A DNA stretch of 64,000 bases from the human T2T-CHM13v2.0 reference genome, Homo sapiens. Under the pieces are notes generated by a model, which saw nothing but the letters and a program-made list of their open reading frames with translations, was not told the DNA's origin and searched no databases. The DNA lies in NCBI RefSeq assembly GCF_009914755.1, contig NC_060934.1; one strand, given 5' to 3'. The position numbers were made by a program, and so were the translations under genes. Positions 54,531 through 64,000 of the stretch are shown piece by piece; position 1 is the stretch's first letter; each line of letters starts with the position of its first letter.

Positions 54531-56249
54531 TGGGGAAACCGTGAGGGGGAGCGAGCAGAGCCAGCTGCACGGGGCTCGAGGGCCGTGGGGATGCCTGGGG
54601 TGGGGGGCTGTAAACAGGAAAAGCTTTACAGCTGTAAGGAAGAGCAGGAAGGAAGTGAGAGTGGGAGGCCAAGGAGGGGCTGTTGCCCCCACCCAGGCAA
54701 AGGAGCTGGCGAGGAGTGGGCAGATCCGCACGCGGGGAGGGTGAACGGTGGAAATGGCAGATGGCTTGGTTGAGGGGGAGCGTCAGAAACCAGGATGGTT
54801 CCTTGACTTTTGGATTTGATGCCTGGGTGGGTGGGGGTGGAGAGGGCATTTGATCCAAAAGGAGGGCGGAGGGAGAACAGGATCTAGGGGAGGGAGGGCA
54901 AGGGGTGATGCCAACCTGGACACAGGTTTTCGGTGTCTGTTGACATCGGAGTGGAGAGGGGAGCCCTGGGGGAGCAGCTGCATGGGGCACACCAGGCCCC
55001 AGGCTGGCAAGCCCTCCTCCCTGGGGCTCTTTGCCAGCCCGGAGCCAGGCTGTGTGGGCGAGTGCTTCCCTGGGGGCCTGGCCTGGGGTTTTGTCCCATT
55101 GCATCATGGATGAGGACCTTCCGGTCCCCTGGCTTGGAGGCAGACGTAGGTGGAGGTGCAGAGTGGTCCACGGCTCTGCCCAAAAGGCTGGACAAGTTGG
55201 AAGGTGGTCTGTCATTCAAGCACCATTTGCCATTGGCTGGATGCGAGCCCTGGTGTCACTACCAACCTTGTTCCCAGCTGGGCTGACTTCTTACTATGAA
55301 CTAGCAACTATGAACTAGTCCTGCCACTCCTGTGCCTGGACTGGGATGGGAAGGACAGCAGGAGTAGCAACATGCTCTGGAATTTTTCACAGCAGACCTG
55401 GTTCACTTTCATCTGGTCACCAGACAATGTAGTGACCCCTCCCCTCTCTGGGCCTCAGAATCCCACCTGAGACCCCAGGATGGAGTAGAAGGTCTTCAGG
55501 GTCTCCGTGTGAAACACAGCCTTTCGATGACGGAGATTTGGTATTGAGAGGGTCATGGCGTGAGTAAAGGCCTGGAGGCTGGTCTAGGGAGTCACCTTGC
55601 AGGATCTTGGGGAGCGGATGAGTATAGAGTCCGCGTGCATAGAAGCCATGTGCAGGGTGGTCACTGGAGGTGAGGTGGGAACACCAGGCTGCCTGGTTGG
55701 GTCAGAGGGACCAGATTACCATATAAGCCATTGTGCTCTCAGGATAATCTCCTGGCTTGTTAAAGCCTCAGTTTTGTCATCTGCAAAATGGGTACAATAG
55801 ACGTCACTGAGCTTGCAGGGGTGAATACCCACCAAGGTACAGAGATGGGCCAACTCAGTGCCTGGTCGTAGGATGTCTTTGATTTCCAGAGGTTGCCTTC
55901 TTTCCCTGTCTTTCTCCAGTTTGTAGCCAGAATCCAAATTTCAGGGGAGGGCTCTTTTGCTGTTGGGGCTTCCTGTGAGAGCCACAGCCCTGGGCCTGGG
56001 AGTCCTGCCAAACCCAACTCTGGAGGCCGTGAACCTCACCGTAGCCTTGGGGACTGGCCCGCTGGCCACGGCACTCTGAGCATCAGCCTTAGGTACTGCT
56101 AGTAGGAGGTGCACTGGGGTTTTAACCAGAGGCAGTAATGAGCTTTCTGAAATCATGCCAGCTTCATGTTTTGTTTCTCAAAGAAACGATGGGCCTTGAT
56201 TTCCTATCAGCATTGATGTGGTTGCTGTTGTTGTTGGGTTGTTGTTGTG

Positions 56250-56251
<2 letters not shown>

Positions 56252-56297
<46 letters not shown>
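56252..56297. repeat. (GT)23 microsatellite
   Basis: 46-bp perfect GT run preceded by (GTT)n. Confidence 0.97.
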
Positions 56298-56298
<1 letters not shown>

Positions 56299-59200
56299 TT
56301 AACTGCCATGGGTTTTAAAGCCATGGTGGAAAGTGAGGAAAATAGCAGATGCTAGATCCAATTGCCACCAAACTGTCTTGAAATGCTATAAATATTTTCT
56401 AAAAAGACTAGCTTCCCGAGCCCAATGTGTTAGTTGTCTCCTCCCTGAGAAACTGATTCCCGAAAATTTAGACAAATAACCTCTTAAATCACAGCTGTTA
56501 ACCTCGGGTGTAAAAACTGCTACCACACCAGCCGCAGGTCACAGCGACTCTGCTCTGCCTAAGTGCCTCCGTGTGGCATAGAGAAGGTGGTGGCAGAGAA
56601 GAGAGATCTTGTGCTTAGGCAAGAGACCAGGGTCGGAAGCCGGGCTTGGCCACTGACTGCTGTGTGACCTGGGGCCATTGGCCCACCTCTCTGAGCCTCT
56701 TCTGTGTAACAGACCTGTTACAGGCTGCCTCGATCCTGAGAGTGCCACTGAACTGAGCTTCTTTCTGCTCCTCAAAGGTAAACAAAAGTGACCGTTGGCA
56801 TTCAGGAGTTCATGTTAATCAGGACTGAGAAAACCCCTCCGCCCCTAGTCCCCTTTAGCCCTCTGACTGTGTCAAGGACAGCTGCCAGTGACTGGATACT
56901 TGCTGGTGTCTCTTTTCAACAGAGAGCACCTGCAGGACCCGGAGCCTCCAGCAGGCAGGCAGCAAAACAGTGCCATTGTTTGTTCTCCTTGTATTTGTTT
57001 TTGTGTTTAACTTCTATCCTTGGTGAGTAAGGCTAATTTTGTATTTAAGGTAGTAATATAAAGTTCTTTTAAAAATAAAAGTATTTATGCAAAAGTTGTG
57101 AATTGATTATTAAGCTAATGGCAGTTTCGATGGCAGAAGGAAATGACAAACATCAGGAAGATGGGAGGAAATGTGACGGACTCTGCACACTGTCCAGGTT
57201 GCCCTTCCCCTAAGTGCTCACCAACTTCTGTGCCCTTGTAGAAGGAATGAGTGGGGAGGGGTTGCTGGAGGGACGTTCTGGTAAATTGTCTTCCAATTGC
57301 ACAATACCCAGAGGTGACCACCACACTCCCTAAGACGGTGGGGCTACAGAAAGCCCCATTCTGGCATCCGGGCCAAGGAAACCACTCTCGTGGAGAGTCT
57401 TGGCCAAGAAGCTGGGATTCTGTAGCAAAACCAAATCCCCCCACCCCCAGGCCCTCTGTGCCTCTCCATTGAAGTTCCCAAACTGAGGGTCTAAGCTTGA
57501 CACCATCTGGCTGCTCTCTCCTAGGCCAGAGACCAAGACCAGGCCCTAGCTCTCCCAGATGTGGCTGAACCCAGCAGAATGTAGTAGTTGCTCCACTAAC
57601 AGGGACATCAAGTGCTGTAGGTTTTGTCTTATGCTCTGCCTGAGAGTGACAGCCTGGAGTGCTATACAGAATAGCAATTCTGAGGCTACAAGGAGCTCTG
57701 TAAGAGAGCATGGGGACCAATTGGTAATGCCTGCCATGGGTGTGGGAAGGAAGCCTGGGGGTACACAGGCCTTTATTTGTGACTCATATGCTCCCCCAAG
57801 CCTGTGGCTAGATCCTGCCCCCATTGCATCGCCAGCACCCAGCTTGGCGATCAGTGGGTGATTGAGCCCAGAAGCTCCTATAAGAACTTAGCAGATGCTC
57901 CTTGGCCGGTCTTTGCCCGTTGTGCAAGGGGACATCCCCCAACCACATTGCAGGCCCTGGAGGGTCAACACTCAGCCCTTGAGTTTAGGAAGCTCTTGTT
58001 CATTCCATACCCACTCCCTGCTAGGGCTGGATATGGGGTAGGTACCCAGGAAGTGTGTTGATGAGACCCAAGAATGATCGACAAATGGGACTGGAGAGGT
58101 GGTTCGGCCTGGCTTGGCGGCAGTCCATGTAACACTACCTCACTACAGGCATCGTGCAGGTGGCCGAGTGCCCCAGATTTTCTAGGACAGCCCTGGTTTC
58201 AGATCCTTCATCTATTGTTCTTGAGTGCCCCTGCCTGAACAGGCATTTGGGCTCCGCTTTGGAAGTCCTGGCTGCTGTGGATATAGCCCTCATGATCATG
58301 CTTTTTGATCATTTTCAGAGCACTCACTCTTCCATTGCCTTTGCATCTGGCCAGGGGATGGAGCAGCCCCATTTGCTCACTTTTTTCAGGTGAGGAAATT
58401 GAAGGCCAGAGTGAGCAAGTGACTGGCTTGCGGCCACACAGCCAGTTAATGCAGACATCTGGCCTGAACCTGTGATACCCATCTTCTGGCCACTTCACTG
58501 TCCACTTACAAAGCCCAGAACTTTCTGCATCCTGCTATTTAAGCCTCATTCATTCAGTCAGCTTTTGTAGCCTAGCGGGTTAGACCTCAGGAGTCAAACA
58601 GCATGCTTTGCATTTGAACTACTTCTGGCCGTGTGACTTTTGGTGAGTTCCTTTCTCTCTCTGTGCCTCAGTTTCTTCATTGATAAAAGGGGTGTAGACA
58701 CCACACGGGGCTCTTGTGAGTATTACTGGGTTAACAGTGTCTGTCTCAGGGTGAGGGTTCTGTGGGGCCCGCCAGTGGTGTTCACAGAGGTGGATTGATC
58801 AGAGTTGCTCACAGTCTGGTGAATGTGAGGTGGGAGGCAGATGTGTTCACCACGAAAGAGCGTTCAAGTGGATGGGTGAGGTCAGAGGTGCACTGGGCAC
58901 CACCGGGCGGTGGGAGGAGGGACCGTCTCCATTGCTCCCACACTACTCGGAGGCATTCAGAAAGGCTCCTCCGTTGATGGACGCTACTTGGAGCAGGGCT
59001 TGCAGGGGGCAGGGAGGGCACTGGCCTGATCCTGGCAGATAGCAACCTCCAAAACTTCTCTGGACAGAGGATGGCACTCATGCCTACCGCCTCACTACCT
59101 CCAGCAGCTGGAGCTTCTGGGCTCTGCTGTAGGGTGGAGGTGGGGTTGAGAAGAGGTGAAAAGACCCAGTTGCTTTGTCCCAGGGGCAGGCACAGAGTCC

Positions 59201-60195
59201 TGCCTGAGGGCCCTGGCATGGGGTAATTGTCTATTGTTCATCGTCTGGTAAGCCAGCTCCCCACCTTCTTTCTGCCTGCCTGCCTTTCTGTCCTTCCTCT
59301 CAGCATCTGTCTATGCAATATAAAGAGCCCCTCCCAACACAGTCACCAGTGATCTGCTTCCAGGCTAGTGTTGACATCCCAGCCCACCCGGAGACCCATT
59401 TATTCTGCCACTGGGGCACAGGGCCCAGTTTTAATCATCCTCGCTCCACTGTGAGATACAGATGGTTGTATTATTAATAGTCATAATTAATCAGCATCCA
59501 CAGAGGAGCTTTTCCCTAGGCAGCAGATCCTCAGGACGAGCAGCCCTGGGAGGTCCCATTCCAGTCCCCCTTTACAGACAGGGGAAGTGAGGCTGGGAGA
59601 AGGGGTGGTGGGACTCATCCGAGGTGGAGCTAGGTATGGACCCCAGCTCAGATCTCAGATCTGATAACCACCTGCAGTGTTACTGTCTGGGAATGGACTG
59701 TTCACCCCACCCACCCATACCTAGGTCCTAGGGTGCCAATTGCTGGGAGAAGCTTTCAGCACTGGGGATGGGAGGGTGGTGCTCAGGCTGATGGTGCACT
59801 TTGAGATCTCAGGCTGAGAGTGAAGGAAGAAAGGTGGGATGGGGAAGAAAGGCCTGAGGGAGGCCGGACATATTGGGCTAGCAGGACAGGGGGCCTGATT
59901 GGGGTAAGGGTGGGGAGGTGGCCTTGGGTAGAAGGAAAGCCAAATACCAACCATCACCCCCTAATACACACAGATCGTGGGTCAGGGCCTGAGGTTGGCT
60001 GCTTCTCTGTTCTAAGCTCTGCATCCCAGGGACAGTGATATAAATGCTTACAGCAGGCAGCATCCTGATTTATGGGGCTGTTTTGGACGGGCCTAACTAC
60101 ATCAGCACAGAGGCAGTGAGGGGCTTCTTGCACAATTCTGCAAGCCCACCTTCTCCCCTGCCTGGCTCCTGGGGCTGACCACCACCGAGGCCCCT

Positions 60196-60221
60196 GTGCA
60201 TGCATGTGCACATGCATGCAC
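60196..60221. repeat. Perfect 26-bp palindrome
   Basis: GTGCATGCATGTGCACATGCATGCAC equals its own reverse complement. Confidence 0.95.
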
Positions 60222-61634
60222 CCAGACCCACGCCTGAGTGGGCACACCCAGGCCCACGTGCTCTGTGTGCACCTGAGGCTGTCCACATCCCTGCCCACAG
60301 CCCATAAACTGTGTTAGCCCAGCACGCAGGTGTGTGCTGCTTTGGGCCTGTGCGCAGATGAACACAGGTGTGCCCAGGTGCACACATGTGTGTGTCTGCC
60401 TGCACTCTGCAGGCATCCATGTGCCTATGTCCTCTGGGCTGCCTCTCTCTGTGTTGATCTGTTCGTGGCTCTGGGAGGTGGATGTCTGTTCGCTGTCCTG
60501 TGTGTGTCCCAGTGTGGATGTGCATTGGTGAGGGGTGTACATGCCTCTGTGCAAGTGCGCCTGTGTGCATGGGTCTGTGTGCACACATGTGTGGGCATGC
60601 AACTGCCGCCTCATCCTGTCTTTTTCATTATGGGTGTTGTCCACACTCACATCCTTGCGTGCAACACACACCCGGTGCCCAGCGTGGCTGGGCTGCCCCC
60701 GCCTGATCATTAGGCTCATGGATAAGACTCTCTGTCATCGTAAATGAGTATAGAGTGCCCCAGTCCAGGAGTCCTGAAGGAACTGGGGAGGTAGCCTCAT
60801 CTGTCCTCAGCATCTCCACCCCACCTCCATATGGATGGTGCTGGAGAGGGGAGGCTGGGAGGGAGGGATGTGGTGCCCACTCCCAGGCCCCCACACTGGG
60901 TTCCTGATCCACCCTTTGTTTCTCCCCACCATGCCTATGCACTCGCCCATATTCTGTGCCAGACCTTGAGGACAGCCCCGGGTCGTGGGAGAAGCCCAGT
61001 CAAGAGTCAGGCAGCCAGGTGCACAAACCCAGGCTCTGTTGCCAGCATGTGGCCCTAGACAGCCCCTCTGCCTCTCCCATCATCACTGTTTTCCCACCTG
61101 CAAAATGGTCTTAGCAATGGCCACCTCATGGGGTTATTGTGAGGACAAAAGGGGTGCAGAAACTGCTAGAGAAGTCAAGTTCCTTCCCCCAGCAGACCTC
61201 AGTCTCCCCATCTGTAAGATGGCAATAATGACCCTCACCAGTGGTCTCATGGAGTGTTTTGAAGGTCAGATGAGAAAAAGGTTCAGTGAAGGCTGCAGGG
61301 TGGTACCCATAGGACTTGTTCCAGCTGTGAGCAAAGGAGATGAGGGGTGCTAGGCACTTGGGGGTGGCATGCATGGCCTGGGCCAGATGCCTGCATCCAA
61401 ACCCCCATGCTGCCACCCTCTGGCCTTGGGATGTGGGAAGGTTACTTCATCCTCATCTGCATCTCTATTATCCTTAGATTCCTCATCTTTCCAGCAGGCA
61501 TGTTCGTAGTAGTATCCATCTCCTGGCATGTTGGGAGAATTCAGGAGAAATGAGTGTGGAGCTTAGCACAGAGCTTGACACAAAGCAGCTGCTCAAATCA
61601 GCGGTATTTGTTATTCTTGTTTTTGGCCTTATTG

Positions 61635-62293
61635 CGATACCGGTGGCCACTCGGTCTGGAAGGACAGGTGAATGCATGGCGGATGGTGCATTAATACCAC
61701 ACTAGGATACCTATTAATGAGGTTTAATCTGTGTTTCCAGACTTGATGTCCATCCGTCCCACCGAAGAAGAGTTCAAGCTTTTCTTCCAGGGAACTGAGA
61801 GGGCCATGCTGAAACTGGAAGCCTCAGCCTGCAAGAGGTGCCCTGGGGAAGGAGGTAGTTGGTACTGATGTTGGCCGACTACAAAGGAGCTGGCTCCTGG
61901 GACTCTGAATGCTGTGCCCTCTGCAGCCACCCAGCCCCACAATGGGAAGCCAGTGGTTACATTTACCCCTGTCTCTTCTGAACCATATGGTGGCTGCACC
62001 ACAGCTGGCTCAGAGGCTCTGAAAGAAGGCCCACAGGGGAACATGATGTCTTGCCTGAGCCAGGTGAGGACTGAGGCCCCCACTGCCAAGCACTGCAGTC
62101 TGGGGCTTCCATTTTCACCATAGTTCCTCTAAGCTGCCTGGAGGAAGGGCTTGAACTCATGAACTTCATGACCAATGGACCTGAAGTCTGGAAGCACAGA
62201 TGATACCTCATTAACAGGTATCCCAGTGTGATATCAATACATCATCTGTCATGCACTCACCTGTGCTTCCAGATGGGGTGGCCACTGGCACCG
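61635..62293. repeat. Long non-Alu inverted repeat (arms 61635-61833 and 62094-62293)
   Basis: Manual alignment: 61635-61753 vs revcomp 62175-62293, 98/119 identical, ungapped; 16-nt/16-nt symmetric mismatch block; 61770-61833 vs revcomp 62094-62158, 52/65 identical with one gap. Confidence 0.92.
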
Positions 62294-64000
62294 AGGGACT
62301 CCTTGCACAGTTATGCAGATGGCTGCCAATCTACTTGCTCCCCTTGCCCAGCTCCTGGGCTGACCACCACCGGGGCCCCTGTGCATAGAGCCCATGAGCA
62401 GTCCCCATCACCTGTGGGCTTCCCAGTCTGTGCCCAACTTAATGATAGCTGTTAGGGTCCAGTAGAGGATGCAATGTCCCCATCCTAGCAGGGGCTTTAC
62501 TGAAGAAACGAGGCCCTGGCACCCAGGCCAGGGCAGGGAGGAGACAGTTGGTAGACACAGCCGGGTCTGCAGGGGCTCGGAGGTCATGGGGCCCAGGTGG
62601 GCAGGCAAGGGAGGAGGCAGGCCAGGCTGGAGCCAGTCCTTGAAGGACAAAGAGGATTTAGCTCACTGGAAGGGATGGCATTCCAGAAGGACAGAAGTGT
62701 GTGGGCAAAAGTTTGGAATCATTCCCGGGGAAAGGTGTACCCTCTCCCATAAGAAGTTTGGCCTGCCCTGGACCAAAGAGCAGAGTCTTTGCTCTCGATG
62801 GCTAGTGGCTGTGGGGTGAAGCAGATGGCCAGGGGGTGTGGGTGACGGGGGAGGCGCACCCTCAGGCCTGAGCCAAGGGAAACCAAGTGGGCCCACACAG
62901 GCCAGAGCCTGAGACCTTGGCACCAGCTACTCGGAGATCTTGACTCAAGAGTTAATGATTCATTTGTGGCCAATTTTCTGCTGGCTTTGCCTGGAAATTC
63001 CCAAGCTTGCCCCTTCCCTCACCTTAGGGAGCTCCAAGAATACAGTCTCACTTACACTTGGCTGAGAACGTCTCACCCACTATCCAGGGAATGGTTTTTA
63101 AAATTACAGCAGGTGTGATGTAGGTTAGCCATTAGGAAAAGCTGATCGGGGGCTATAGGCTGGGAGCTGGGGTGGTTTGTTTGAGTGTTTGGAACAAATG
63201 TGAATAGAATTCAGTCTAGTGTAAAGTGTTGTGACAGTTACAAATTGGGAGCTACAGCTTGACCCAGAGTAGGACTTGGTTGGGCTAAAAAAGTAATGGC
63301 ATAGGCAAAGGCCCTGGGGCATGAACATCCAGGGAACGCTGAGTGATTGTGGTGTGGCTGGAGTGTAGAGGGTGTGAGAGACTTCTAGAAGTGTGGACAC
63401 AACTCCCAAGTGAAGGACTCTCAGGACTTGAAGATTTGGCAGTGGGACGTGCTGGCAGTGGGGAGTCAGGGCTGGTACCTGAGTAGGGGACAGGTGTGTT
63501 TGATTTGGGTTGTAGGGTCGCTTGCCCATCCCTGTCTTGATTCTGCTGGTCAGCAGACCTTCCTTGACAGCCTGCTCTGTGCCAGGTCGGACCCACGCTC
63601 TGCACGGGTCCTGCACCTGTGTGGAGGCTGAACTAAAGGGAGGGGGTTACATGTAGCAATTCAGGTGGGAGCATGGGTGTGTGCAGGAGCAGGGGAATGG
63701 CTGATGACTTCAGACCCACTCGGCTCCATCACCGAAAGTCCTTGGGTGAGCGTAGCAGAGGTGTTGGGGTAGGCTTCAGGAACCCCATGTTCCTGGCAGG
63801 CTCTGTGGACACGCCGCCTGGAAACCACTTCTGCCCTGTAATATCAGCATGGCTGAAGGGGCCTGGAATGTGTATCTGTCCTTGTACAGAGGAGGGGAGC
63901 AGACGAGGCCCAGAGAGGGGAAGGTTGATGGCAGAGCCCAGGCAGAACTCAGGGCCCAGTCTCCCAATCCTGGCTGATTGCACATATATCCCACCACCCA

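Noticed and set aside
55293-55318. 14-bp-period tandem duplication ACTATGAACTAG
   Set aside because: Real but ordinary slippage duplication with no further structure

Overview
Primate (most likely human) genomic DNA. It is GC-rich and carries Alu, MIR, L2, L1, MER21 LTR and hAT MITE insertions. No credible protein-coding exon is present; the supplied ORFs derive from GC-rich, Alu or low-complexity sequence. A ~4.5 kb CpG island (~18.0-22.5 kb) contains an ATG-free first exon on the + strand ending at a consensus CCG|GTAAGT donor (20550/20551). I recognise this exon from memory as ZMIZ1 exon 1 (not verified by alignment). On that reading the remaining ~43 kb is intron 1 and the upstream ~18 kb is the territory of the divergent lncRNA ZMIZ1-AS1. 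The most unusual structure is a non-Alu, colinear inverted repeat at 61635-62293 (two ~200-bp arms, ~80% identical in two blocks, ~260-bp loop). It could form a long intronic dsRNA hairpin and also encloses potential splice sites. Other signals are several AT-rich transcription-factor motif clusters (candidate enhancers), a perfect 26-bp palindrome with three UGCAUG motifs, Z-DNA/G4/triplex-prone tracts and inverted Alu pairs. I found no CRISPR array, RNA gene or prokaryote-type system. Repeat family names come from recalled consensus sequences and need RepeatMasker/Dfam confirmation.
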